A stretch of 57,721 nucleotides of DNA, filler included, from Dugesia japonica (lineage: Eukaryota), in assembly GCA_001938525.1 (NCBI GenBank). It is 6 parts of 6 records of this genome, joined end to end, with 100 filler letters (N's around TTAATTAATTAA, not from the genome) between each part and the next. Parts side by side here need not be neighbours in the genome. Positions count along the whole stretch, not along the records: positions 10,624 to 21,027 come from MQRL01583621.1; positions 21,128 to 30,067 come from MQRL01392625.1; 4 more parts are not named here. One strand, 5' to 3'. The stretch's first letter is position 1; each line of letters opens with the position of its first letter. Shown here one piece after another: positions 11,640-23,758 of the stretch. The notes below the pieces were generated by a model that made no database searches, was not told the origin of the DNA, and saw only the letters and a program-made list of their open reading frames with translations. The translations under genes and the position numbers were made by a program.

Positions 11640-14600
11640 TGTTAACGGGAAATTCTGATTTAGCCGTAAGAACAACTTTTGAATTATAATGTTTCCTTCA
11701 ATCACANNNNNNNNNNNNNNNNNNNNNNNNNNNNNNNNNNNNNNNNNNNNNNNNNNNNNNNNNNNNNNNNNNNNNNNNNNNNNNNNNNNNNNNNNNNNNN
11801 NNNNNNNNNNNTTCTATCCACTGAAACGCTTTCCAGTTTACCTTTTCTTATTATTTGTAGTACCTTACCATCACTGTCTCGATTAGTAATTGCATAATAT
11901 TTCACTTTTGATCCAAACACTTTTGCATTTTTCCATCTCCTTGGGCATGAACACCTTCGTTAAAACGTGTGACCTTAACCAATTATTTTGGAATTCTGTC
12001 GATACCGTTGTATGATGGAAGGATGATATCATCTGGCAAACCTCACTGTTGTTCCGAAAACTAATTGTGATGAAAATAGTTCAGTTTTTTTGCTAGCCAT
12101 ATTACGTAATACCATCATAGTTATTGGTATCTTATCAAGCCATTCACGTTCTGCATTTACCGCCAATGTTTGCAGTGCATTTTTTAGAGTTCTTTGAAAT
12201 CTTTCTATCTTTACATTGCATTGGGAATGATATGGTGTAGTACGCCTGTGCTCAATTCCAAATATATCACAAAATGTGCTGAACTCTCCTAAAAACGAAT
12301 TGTCGTTCATTGTCTTCTATCACGATTTCTGGTGCTCTGAAACGCGTTATCCAGTCTTTTATCATCGCTGTAACTATGCTTGACGTAGTTATTTCTGTCA
12401 ACTGAGCCACTTCAGTTCATAAGGTTTCTCTATCAATCATGGTAGGCAAATATAGTTTACCTTTGAGAGTTGGTAGACGTTCTACTTTATCTAAATGTAC
12501 TACTTTGAATTTTCCTATGTTTGCCAGTGTACCAATTGGTGTCTTTGTGTGCCTTGAAACTTTATTTGCTAAACATTCAAGACAGTGTTTAAATCAATTG
12601 CGGATTTGAGCTCGCATCTTTGGTCACAAATATCGATTTGATTTCCATCTGATCGTAACATTAGTACCCTGGTAACATAGATTGTGCAGCCTTTCAAATT
12701 CATTATATTTTAATTGTTCCTGGAGTGCAATTCTGAGATTTGTCTTTGATTTTCCAACCAATATTCCTTCTTTGGTTCTGCGCNNNNNNNNNNNNNNNNN
12801 NNNNNNNNNNNNNNNNNNNNNNNNNNNNNNNNNNNNNNNNNNNNNNNNNNNNNNNNNNNNNNNNNNNNNNNNNNNNNNNNNNNNNNNNNNNNNNNNNNNN
12901 NNNNNNNNNNNNNNNNNNNNNNNNNNNNNNNNNNNNNNNNNNNNNNNNNNNNNNNNNNNNNNNNNNNNNNNNNNNNNNNNNNNNNNNNNNNTTCATTGTC
13001 TTCCTGATGGGATTTTCATTTGAGTTGAACTAAGCAAAGGTTTGTGATCCGTGCGAGCGTTAAACTTTGTGCCTAAAATTTAATGCTGAAAGTATTTGCT
13101 TAAAAGTACTAATGCCAAAGGTTTTCTGTTAAAGCTGGTTTTTATGTTTCTTGAATAGAAATCAATAGAATGCAACCTGCCGTCTTCATTCTTTTGTTTC
13201 AAACTTCTTTCAATAGCCGATTCTGACGCATCAGTACATAATAAAAATGTCTTTTGTTGATCAGGAGTTGTCATTTTTGTGACTTTAGTTAGTTTTTGTA
13301 TTGCTTCTTAAAATGCTTTGTTGTATAATGATGACCATTTAAACAATTTCTTATTACATGGTGTTGTAAGTTTATGAAGAGGAACAAATGTCTCTAACAG
13401 TCGTGGAATCATCCATTGATAGAATTTCATAGTGCTTAGGAATCTCCGCCGGGCTTTTGCATTCCTTGGAGTTGTTAAATTTTTAATAGCTTGGATTTCT
13501 TTATTGATAGGTTTGATACCATTCTTGGATATCGAGAATACTAGAAATTCAACTTCATTTTTATTGAGTTGATATTTATCTGAGTTGATGATCAATCCAT
13601 GTTTTTCAAGTTCCAACAAGACTTGTTTTAAATGAATTTCGCGTTCTTTGTCATCTTTGGAGTAGATAAGGATGTCATCAATATAAGCAGAAGCAAAAGC
13701 TTGACAACTGTTTAGGCACTTGTTCATGTGTCTTTGAAATGTTTCTAATGCAGTTTTTAATCCAAATGGCATCTTTCTGTATTTAAATATGCCAAACGGT
13801 GTGATTATTGCTGTTTTGTGCCTGTCTGATTCTTGGATTGGAATTTTGTGGTAGGCATTCCTTTGATCCAGTATGTGGAAAATATTATATCCATTATTTC
13901 TGGCTAGAGTGTCACTCATTCTGGGAAGTGGATATCTGTCTGATTTGGTTATTAAGTTCAACATTCGGTAATCGTCATATGGTCGAAATGTTCTATCTTT
14001 CTTACAGACTACTATCCTTGGAAGTACTCATTCACAACTGCTTGGTTGAATAGTGTCTTGTATAATCAATTATTTAACTTCAAGTTTGATTTGCTTCATA
14101 ATTAATGGTNCCATTCTTTGAACACATTTATGAAATGGTGTGCCGTTGGTGTCTATTCGCAGCACCGTTAGGCATTCTGAGTTTAAAATTTTATTGCAGT
14201 GTTGTCGTCTCTGAAAGATCCGATTGCTATGAAAACCTATTAAAAGACGATGTTTTGACAAAACATCTGATCTTAATATGAGACGCTTGACATCTACTAC
14301 TGTAAACGTCCATTGAAATGTGACTGGAATACATAGTATATGAAATGAGATTGTTTTTTTTACCATAAACTACAATTTTGCTTCCATTTGCAGTTTGGGT
14401 TTGCTGTTGATCTCAGTGGTCGGTTTCAGTGAGATTCATTGTCTTTTCTCGAATTGAAACTGCAAGGTGGTTAGAATTTTCTTGCATTTTTGCCAAATGT
14501 TCGGTGGAATTAGCATATCTCTTTTTTTGACATTATCTTGTCTAATTTTTGTCCCTGTTTGGCTTTGATTGCGTTGATCTCATCACGTATGTTGCTGATT

Positions 14601-15110
14601 GTGATTTCGTCATGTTGATTTCCCAATTGCCTGATGTCATTAATTTCGATATATTGATCATCCATCTCGAATGATACTCTGCTAATTGAGCTAATTCTTT
14701 AAGGCTTTTGTCTTTGTGCTGAACTAAATTATGTTGCAGGTATTTTGGTAGAAATTTCAAGAACTTCAGTCTCAAAAAGTTGGAAGTTTCTGGATTTTCA
14801 TGAGGCTCAATAATTTTGTAAAATTATTTTATTTCTGACAGCTTTCTTGAATGAGTCTTGTAAGAATCAGTACTGGGATTCATTAATTTATTCATGGCTT
14901 TCATTGTTGACATTGCGGTTTTGAGTAGTATTACAGCTTTCAATTTCTCGTATATGGCTTCAACTTGTGGATCCATTTCATGTGAAACTAAGTCCAGGAT
15001 ATCTTGTGGCAGACTAATAAGTAACTGAAAGTATTTTGTCCTTGAACTTCGAATACTTGATAGCTCAAAAGTTGTATCTACTTGGGTAAACCAATTTGTT
15101 GAGTTTGAAA
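11640..15110 (-). mobile_element. Gypsy LTR retrotransposon (CsRn1/Boudicca-like), gag-protease-RT-RNaseH-integrase, degenerate
   Basis: RT ORF 13308-13964 (DRYPLP, AYHKIP, MPFGLK, YIDDIL); RNase H 13080-13274 (CTDAS); integrase 12029-12310 (TTPYHSQCNVKIERFQRTLK); gag ends C*FHRTFGKNARKF*PPCSF, a CHCC-type box typical of the CsRn1 lineage. Confidence 0.93.
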
Positions 15111-15779
15111 AGTAATTNNNNNNNNNNNNNNNNNNNNNNNNNNNNNNNNNNNNNNNNNNNNNNNNNNNNNNNNNNNNNNNNNNNNNNNNNNNNNNNNNNN
15201 NNNNNNNNNNNNNNNNNNNNNNNNNNNNNNNNNNNNNNNNNNNNNNNNNNNNNNNNNNNNNNNNNNNNNATTAAAATATTAATACTACAGCTATCTATAC
15301 ATATTTGTATGGGTTTCATTAATATTTCATGTTGTTTTCTATACTTAATTAATTATTTCAATTTATAATTTTCCATTTTTTTGAATTTTTAAAGTTGATT
15401 TTAATTGAGTTATTAATAGTAATATGGTAGGCTATGGCTGTACTAGGTTCTTATCGATGCTACCACCATTTTATAGTAAGGATGATTTAATGCATTTATT
15501 CAAAGGATGTGTTGATGGTAGTCTTGTTTTTCTCGATCTGTAGTTAAATGTATTTGACCTCACAATTTGCTTGATATTTTAGTTCTTGATCGATATTATC
15601 AAAGGTATTATTGTGAAATGTATTTCTTGACTTTGTGAATATTCTGTCTAAATACTTTATTTAATAATATTTAAAAACAAAATTGCCTGATAAAATAAAT
15701 TAACCCATAGGTTAAGTAGTTGAGCAAATTTGCTTCCAAGCAGCATTATACACTTTTGGCAATATTATTATTAAGTTCT

Positions 15780-15960
15780 TCTTGGGCAATAATAACATTA
15801 ACACTAGTTGCTGCCCGGGTAATATTAACATTAATATCCCCTGGACAATATTAATATTAACATTGGATTCTCCCCGGACAATGTTGACATTAACATTAGA
15901 TTCTCTTTGGACAATATTAATATTAACATTATATGCTCCCCCGGGTAATATTAACAATAC
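15780..15960. repeat. ~27-33-bp tandem repeat, core GGACAATATTAATATTAACATT
   Basis: About 5-6 imperfect copies; explains the repetitive ORFs 15712-15978 and 15782-15964. Confidence 0.8.
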
Positions 15961-16625
15961 ATGAAAATAATAACACATAAAAATAGAAAATATTCTTTAA
16001 ATAATCCTTTAAAGGTTATTTTAAAGATTATTTATAAATAACGCATTATCCTTCGTTAAAGTTATTTCTTTCATTTTTAAATATTGGAAAATTATTACAA
16101 GATATAGCTTATATAGCTGTTGGTGTGCAATGAATGTGTGCATCGATTGTTTCTTTATTTGTATGAGTAATAGGTATGAAATACATATGCAAGATAAACA
16201 AAGGAAATGCAATAAAAACGTGAATAAAACAAAGAAAATATTTAAATAATTAATTTATATTCCATGAGCAAGTAATGTTGAATAAATTATATTTTATTTA
16301 CTAAATTTTATTTTATTGAGTAAATGAGTAACTTATATTATATTTAGTAATTAGTAACTTATTATATTAAGTAACTTTTTGAGGATGTCCAACATATAAC
16401 ATATAAAACTTTTTTTTATTTTAGGTAAAATTTTGTTTATTTATTTATTTATTTTGTATTTGAAAATTTATTTTGTTTATTTATTTTTTTAAAAATTTTA
16501 TTTTGCTTTGTATTGTTTTTTAATTTATATTTTTTTGTTTTAATTTTTTATGGATTCATACAAAGACTACTTTTCCAGATGAAAAAATATTTAAACATAT
16601 TATTAGATTTTGAAATGTGAATATA

Positions 16626-17905
16626 TAATAGGTAGTTGCATTAATTCTCGCTTTTTTAATAAGAAAAAGAAATGTAAATAAAAACTCCAAATACATTTAT
16701 TTTTGCATAACATCTCATTCAAAGTAGCATCCATTATTGCTAACAACATTTCCCCACCTTTCTGGCAACAAATGAATTCCGCGATAAAAATATTTTTCTT
16801 CAATAGAATTTACCCAATAGTCAAGATATTTCTGGAAATCATAATGATTGTTGAAAGCTGTTCCTAAAGGCCATGCTGCATTGAGCGAGAAAAGTAGTAA
16901 TCACTTGGTGCGGTGTCTGGTGAGTATGGCAGGTGAGGTAAAACTTCCCATACGAATTCTTCTATCGTATTCCTCACTAAAATCGAAGTGTAGGGTCGAG
17001 CATTATCATGCTGTAACAACACTATCTTATGTCTATTGAAATAATCTGGCCGTATTTCGTGCAATGCTTGCCTCAATTTTATTAATTGTTATTTATAACG
17101 CCAACCATCAACCGTTTCACGTTTGTTCAGAAGCTCAAAATAAAATAAGCCCCCTTTGATCACAAAAAATAGATAACATCACCTTGTTTCCATGCTAGTC
17201 TCGTTTTGGTGTTGATTTTCAGGGTTGACCAGGCTTTACCCATGGTTGTTTTAGTTACGGATTTTCATAAGGAATCCAAGTAACAATGTAATGTGAAAAG
17301 GACCTTTACCTTTGCCTGCTGAGCAGCGTCTGACAAATGTCTAGTCGTTTTGCAATATTTGCTTATTTCAATTGATGAGGCAAACATTTACCAACTTTCT
17401 GTTTGTATCCAATGACTTTTAGTAGTCTGCTTATGGTGGATCTATTTACGTTAATAATTTCTAAAATTGTTTCAATTGTTTCGTATCAATCATTGATCAA
17501 CACCTTTTCCAAATCTTCATCTGGAAATTGCTTTGGTGGACTTGCACGTTGTTTATCCTGCAAATCAAAGTCACCCATGTTAAAATGCCGAAATCATTCT
17601 CGACAGCATATTTCAGACAGAACATGGTTGCCATAAGCTTCTGAAAGCATCTATAATTTTCTGCAGCACTTCTTTTGAGATGAAAACAAGAAAGCAACGC
17701 CTTTCGCAAATGTGCGTTTTTTGGAATAAAACTAGTCAAATTAAATGGATCGGTTTTCGCCTGCTGTAAAACTTAACTAAACAATATACCATTATTTTAA
17801 CATTTAAATATTAATACTTAACAAGTCTTAACGATTGAAGTTATTGCTGAAATGATTAATAAGTTAGTTAATTAAAACAAACAGCGAGAATGCAACTATC
17901 TAATA
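16626..17905 (-). mobile_element. full-length degenerate mariner (Mos1/mauritiana-like, DD34D)
   Basis: TSFIPKNAHLRKALLSCFHLKRSAAE N-terminus; QHDNARP, HLPYSPDTAPSDY; C-terminal GIHLLPERW; TIRs TAATAGGTAGTTGCATTAATTCTCGC (16626) and revcomp TATTAGATAGTTGCATTCTCGC (to 17905); ~1.28 kb. Confidence 0.92.
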
Positions 17906-17951
17906 CATATACATAAACAATAATTAAATTGTTGCATTTAAACAGACAATA

Positions 17952-18385
17952 ATGGAATTTAGAAATGATGTTGTTTATCAGATTGTTGGTCCTAGTAAAA
18001 GTGGAAAACTCTATTTGTGTGTAAATTATTATAATCAAAATTATTTTAATTGAAATTTAACAAAGTATTTGAACATAGAGGCATTGATGAGGATTATGGG
18101 TTAACTCCGTCTGAACTTTGTGATATAAAAATGAAACTTATAAACGGTTTCGAAGAAAATTGGAGAAAGAGATTGACTGAAGGTGATGTGATTGTTGTTG
18201 ATGATTTATACCANNNNNCAAACAAGGAAAAAGACTTTAACAACTTATTCACCAAGATATCAAGACATTGTAATGTAACTGTAATATTTATTACTCGGGA
18301 TCTATTCCATCAAGGAGGTGAACATAGAACTCGTAATTTAAATGTACAATACTTGGTTCTATTTAAAAAGTCAATGTCCAGATGA
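17952..18385 (+). pseudogene. Polinton/adintovirus A32/FtsK-like packaging ATPase, frameshifted
   Basis: MEFRNDVVYQIVGPSKSGK (Walker A), VIVVDD (Walker B), LFTKISRHCNVTVIFIT, RTRNLNVQYLVLFK. Confidence 0.85.
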
Positions 18386-18559
18386 ATTTAGAGTAAGAAC
18401 TGATGTTTTCAATTCAAAGGGTGTTACCATATATAAACAATAAACGTAAATTTTTATTATATTTAGAAATGGCAAAATTTACTAAAGTTATAGTTGATCA
18501 ACTCAAGAATAAAAAGATTAGACAAGATAAATAACAGTTTTATAAAGATTAGTAAAGGT

Positions 18560-19200
18560 ACAAGTACTTTTTAACATGTATCGAGGTATTTAGCAGATTT
18601 GCGAGAGCTGTTCCAGTCAAGTCAAAATCTACAAATGGAATTGAAGCTATAATCAAGTTGTTTTTGATGATACACATTTTGATAATTTACATACTGACTT
18701 GGGAAAAGAATTTTACAACTCTAAAGTCAAGAATATCATTTCACATCTCAAGATTAACCATTTTTCAGTATATTCGCAATACAAAACGAAAGATTTAATC
18801 GAACATTGAAAGATGTATTGAAAAGGTACTTTGTACATTCTGGAAATAAAACATGGATACATGTATTACTAAAAAGAATTTATAGTTATAATTATAAAAG
18901 TCACAATGGATTAAATAGAGCAAGACCTGTAGATGTATCATCTGAAGATTTAATGAAATTATGGGTATTGAAACAAAAATTGAAAGTAATTAAAAACCAA
19001 AATATAAAGTTAAAATATAAAAATAATATCATTCGAGGAAATTTCTATGAGTAGGAATTACAAGTGAGTCTCAAGCCAATAGTATTTAGAATAGAAAGAA
19101 ATTTAAGATCAAAAGGAACGGATGAGGATAAACAATTATACGTAAAGTGGCATAGTTACGAAAAGCCTACTTGGATATTATCATCTCAAATAGTAAATTC
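18560..19200 (+). pseudogene. Polinton-type retroviral-like integrase with C-terminal chromo-like domain, disrupted
   Basis: FLTCIEVFSRFARAVPVKSKS, LHTDLGKEFYN, ERFNRTLK, SYNYKSH, FYE*ELQ, FRIERNL..LYVKWHSYEKPTWI. Confidence 0.88.
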
Positions 19201-19216
19201 AACAAAGAAGAAGAAA

Positions 19217-19504
19217 ATGAGCAAAGAGAATAATTTCTATACACTATTATCGAGTATTAGTTGTACTATTATTCATCCAGATACCAATGCTAGTTATTTT
19301 ATTATCAAGCTTCAAAATCCGATTTATATGGATGTTCAATGAGAAGTGGCTTTGATGGATTTCACTTATGTATACTCAGCTTTTTCATTATATATTAAAT
19401 CGAATATTAAATACGTAACAGGAAAAATGTATGAAAGTAAATACTTGTTACAATTAATAATAAGGAAAAAAAATTGAGTACCAGTGATGGTGATATTATT
19501 CAAT
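19217..19504 (+). pseudogene. Polinton/adintovirus minor capsid (penton-like) N-terminus, truncated by Tc1 insertion
   Basis: MSKENNFYTLLSSISCTIIHPDTNASYFIIKLQNPIYMDVQ*EVALMDF matches the FY.TL.S......P.N..S.F..KL...I.L...WEVAL pattern; lies directly after the integrase. Confidence 0.65.
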
Positions 19505-19506
19505 TA

Positions 19507-20837
19507 CAGTCCGTTTCAAACGTCTGTTCGCACCCATGTAAATTCATAAGTCGATACATATTTTTAATTACTTTTGATTTGTTTAAGTAATGTACACTGC
19601 AAAAAATATAGTAAATAATATTTTTAAAANNNNNNNNNNNNNNNNNNNNNNNNNNNNNNNNNNNNNNNNNNNNNNNNNNNNNNNNNNNNNNNNNNNNNNN
19701 NNNNGATGAAGCACAGAATAATAATTGTGGAATTGATGATGGAAGGGTATAGTAGTTGCTCAATAAAGTAAATAATCGCGGACAGACATTATATTAAAGT
19801 GTCAAAACGTGGCATTCAAAAGATTTTCCATAAAAATAAGACCAAAGGAATGTATGTGGATCGGAAACGCAGTGGAAGAGAATCGAAACTATCAATACAG
19901 TCACACAGATTTATTCGATGCGTATGTCTGTAAAATAGAAGCATGTCGTTAACGGAAATAGTACGTACTTGTAACATGGGTAGCATTCAACATGTATCCA
20001 GATGTACAGTTCATCGCATTTTCAATAAGTGCGGATTAAGAAGTTATCCGGCTGTTAGCAAGCCGTTGTTCAATGATAAGCAAAGGGAAAGAAGATTGCA
20101 ATGGGCGATATCTAAACAGCAATGAGATTTTGATAAATAGGCACATGTTGTCTTCAGTGATAAGTCAATGTTTCGCACATTAAGTCATAGTCGCTTCCAA
20201 AGAATTAGTCAGTTTCAACATGAAATATTAAGTCCTATTTATACTAAGTAGGTTATTCAACATAGTGTGCAAATCTACGTTTGGGGATGCTTTTCACGAT
20301 TCGGTGTAGGAATTTTGAAACGAATAAAGGGTACATTGAATTCTGCAACCTATCAAAACAAGATTTTCAATGACATTAACCTAGATGGCAATTGCTTGGT
20401 CTTCCCTCTGCGAAGGCTCATTTGCAGCATGACAATGCTCCTTGCCATCAATCTGCATCAACATTATCTTTTCTCAGTGAACGTTAAATCGTTATATGAA
20501 ATTGGCTTGCGAGTTCTCCTGATTCCAATTTGATTGAAAATTTGTGGCATTTCATATAGATAAAAATGAATGCCTTGGGACCTCTGAATGCTGATGAAAT
20601 GTGGGCGGAGTTATAAAAGATATGATATAATATACCCACTTCTTTATGTCGCATACTCGTTGATTTTATGCCACGAAGAGTGTCCTCTATTATCAAAATG
20701 AAGGGATATTCAGCAAAATATTAATAAACTTACTATCGTTTGTAAATATGTTTCTTCTTTTTCCATTGGCTTTTCAAATGACTTTTCTGTAAATTTTGTA
20801 ATTTACATGAGTGCTAACAGACTTTTGAAACGAACTA
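19507..20837 (+). mobile_element. Tc1-family transposon with TIRs, degenerate DD34E transposase
   Basis: TIRs CAGTCCGTTTCAAACGTCTGTTCGCACCCATGTAAATT / revcomp TAGTTCGTTTCAAAAGTCTGTTAGCACTCATGTAAATT, TA flanks; motifs KPLF..RRLQWA, VVFSD, VWGCFS, QHDNAPCH, SSPDSNLIENLW. Confidence 0.92.
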
Positions 20838-21027
20838 TATATGAAAGAAATATGTGTGCATCTATAAACTTTAGATACATGCATGTGTGTATTGATTACG
20901 CAATCACTAGTATATAAACGAGATGCTTAAATCATTTCGTCACTTTTTCACAAACACTTGGTAAGTTTTTAATTTTCTTTTTTAATATATTTACAATTCC
21001 TGTTTTAGATAATTAACAAAAAATGTA

Positions 21028-21127
21028 NNNNNNNNNNNNNNNNNNNNNNNNNNNNNNNNNNNNNNNNNNNNTTAATTAATTAANNNNNNNNNNNNNNNNN
21101 NNNNNNNNNNNNNNNNNNNNNNNNNNN
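21028..21127. other. artificial contig linker
   Basis: 44N-TTAATTAATTAA-44N. Confidence 0.97.

Positions 21128-21164
<37 letters not shown>
21128..21164. repeat. (AAT)n microsatellite at contig end
   Basis: ataataataataat... about 12 units. Confidence 0.9.
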
Positions 21165-21166
<2 letters not shown>

Positions 21167-21899
21167 CGAAGTATTTAATCAGGAAGATTACTATGTAAAT
21201 CGGTTTTTATTGTTATTATCATTGGTTATATAGAGGGGTATACCACACCATACACTAGCCACGAACAGTATGGTAAGAGTACTGTAAAAAGTACGTTAAA
21301 TGGTGCTATAAAAATTATGGAAAGAAGGTATGATTAGGTATAGTAAAAAGTAGGTTAAAATATTACGGCAAAAGATACGTTAATGTGGTAAAAATGACCA
21401 CAAACAATATTTTTAAAAACCATAATATATAATAAAATTCATTAGTTTTGTTTAAAAATTGAAAATATTTATTTTATTTCTTTAAAAATAGCGATGGTAA
21501 TAAAATTAAACTAAATGTTGAAATTGAAAGTGAAGAAAAAATAAGTCTATTAAAGGTAATGAATAAACAAATAAACAACGCAGAAAAATATATATTAAGT
21601 CAATTTGTAGAACTTTAATTATGAAAGAGTTAAATGAGGAAGAAATTAATAATGAATATCATAATAATGAAATAGCGCGCCATATATTAATTGCTTATCA
21701 AAATCGACTTAAAGAAAAAATACCTTAAATAGAAAAACTAAACTTCACTTTAGAATATAGAAATGGTTTTAGAAATTTATAAATATATTAAAGTATATAC
21801 ACATTAAAGTTTTTTACGAACTCATATTTGAAGCGTGATAATTCGCATACTAATAAAAAAATATATCTTTGTTTACTTTTCTCTCGTTTTAAACAAATA

Positions 21900-22150
21900 A
21901 AAATAAAGTGTGAACATTCAAACGTCGGTAAAAAAATATTTAGGTGTGAAAATTCTCACATTAAAAAAAAACAATAAATAATATAAATGTAAAATCCATT
22001 GTTTACAATTAAAGTGTGAAATTTGGCTCTAAAGGTTTCAATTTTCACACCTATTGTTGTTTACATTGTGAGGTGTAAATATTCACGCCTAAATGATAAA
22101 GTGAATTCACACATTAAGGTGTGAAAATTTACACCTATTGTTGTTTATAA
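21900..22150. repeat. cluster of short palindromic motifs (AGGTGTGAAAATT..TTCACACCT)
   Basis: Several direct and inverted copies, including a duplicated ACACCTATTGTTGTTTA. Confidence 0.6.
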
Positions 22151-22976
22151 TAAGTGACCTGCCAATCATCTAAGCCAATGCACACCTAACCACCTACTAT
22201 ATAAGATTTTTAAAAAATAATTTCCAATAAAAGCACGAAAATTTCAATTCATTTTTCAAAACACACTCACATCCCCCCTTTAAAGAAATTTTTTGATCTT
22301 CTTTATGTTTCTTTTTAGGCTTTTTCCGTTTGTATCTTCCAGGATGTATTTTAATATGTTTGGGAGTATCAGATAATAGACTACGATGTGCTAATGGGAG
22401 TGAATTGGTAACTAACGGTAGAGTTCGTATAGAGGTTTTATGAATGTTTTTTTCATTTGATTCCGCTCCTCGGTTGCCGTCTTGCTCTCCCTACACACTA
22501 GCGCCGGCCCTGTCCAGTGGCAGTTTTCTCCGATAGCGAACAAACTTGTTCAACTGTGATATAATAAAATTAAAAGTAAACAATAATTTGGTTAACGTGA
22601 GAAATGCCGGTTCTTAAAAAATTATTTTTTTCTACAATACTTAAAAAAAATTAAATATTAAATCAAAAAATTACAAATAAAACTTTATTAGAAATAAATT
22701 ATTGACTTCACGTTTCAAAATCAATGGTAACAGTAAATAAACATTTAATAAATTTCTATTACACTTATTATTTCGAATATTTAAGAATAATAACTTCAAA
22801 TAATTTACGAAGTTTTAACTCTAAACAGTTAAAATATAAGTATAGTTGATACAAATTTCGATTTAAATATAACAACCAATTTAAGCACATTATTATATAT
22901 TGTATTTTATGAACTAAATTAAAAATTATAATAGTTATAATTATAAATTATAATTATAAAGTAAAATGTCTAATGA

Positions 22977-23758
22977 TTATGTTAAATATTTGCTTTGATA
23001 AGATGGAACAGCTTCTTTTAATTTTATCGCAGCCAGCATAACTTCATTCCCAGATTTGGCTTCAGCTAGTTGCATGACCTCTTCTATATATTCAGTCATA
23101 CAGGGTTCTTTATACTGATGATAAAATATATAATCCTCCATATTACAAACATTATTCGTTCTGTCAATCATATATATATTGTAAAACATAAATATCTTCC
23201 CTAAATATGGAGCTAAAATTGGCCCCGCTTGTTCACAGTTTAAAAGTAAACATTTCAGAAAAGCTAGCACTAATCTTGCAGCAATTTCATTGTCTAAATT
23301 ATTTCAGTAAAAAAATTTGAAAAAACGTTAAGATACTAACAATATTTTAAAACTTTTCCTATAATTGTTATAAAATAAGGAATTGAATCAGCAATTAATT
23401 TTGGATCTCCATGTTTTATTGCATCTTTAAGAGTCATCATAGCTATTTTCCTATACTGACTCATATTGTCCAAAAAACCTTCTATAAGCTTTGGAAACAT
23501 ATCTTTGAAATCTAGCTCTTGAACTTCAGTCGTCCATGCTAATCGGGGTTCAGATAATGAGCCAGAATGATCTTGACTTATTGGAAATTCACCACCTTCT
23601 AATCTTGAGCGAAATTCCGATTCTATGAGCTCCCGTTTTTCCACACCTTTTATAGGACAGCCAATGTCCCAAATTGTTTGTTCCGCTTGCATTGTAAATG
23701 AACGATTTTGCTTATCATACATTAGACTATTGCAACCAAGAAGTGGATTTCGTGGCAT
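22977..23758 (-). CDS. PACRG: Parkin co-regulated gene protein (PACRG)-like, two exons: 23758-23341 and 23293-22977
   Basis: A 47-nt GTTAG...TTTAG intron (23340-23294) joins the two ORFs in frame; motifs SFTMQA, SEFRSRLEGGEFPISQDH, RLAWTTEVQELDF, DAIKHG, AGPILAPY, IKLKEAVPSYQS parallel PACRG (FTVKA, FRKFYERGDFPIALEH, KIAWKVEIEKLDY, IKYVVPTYES). Confidence 0.9.

Noticed and set aside
15780-15960. CRISPR-like array
   Set aside because: Units are contiguous without unique spacers, there are no cas genes, and the context is eukaryotic.
22455-22560. GC-rich island as a structured ncRNA
   Set aside because: No recognisable tRNA, snRNA or SL features; revcomp CAGGGCCGGCGCTAG looks like a DNA-transposon terminus, but I found no partner end or TSD.
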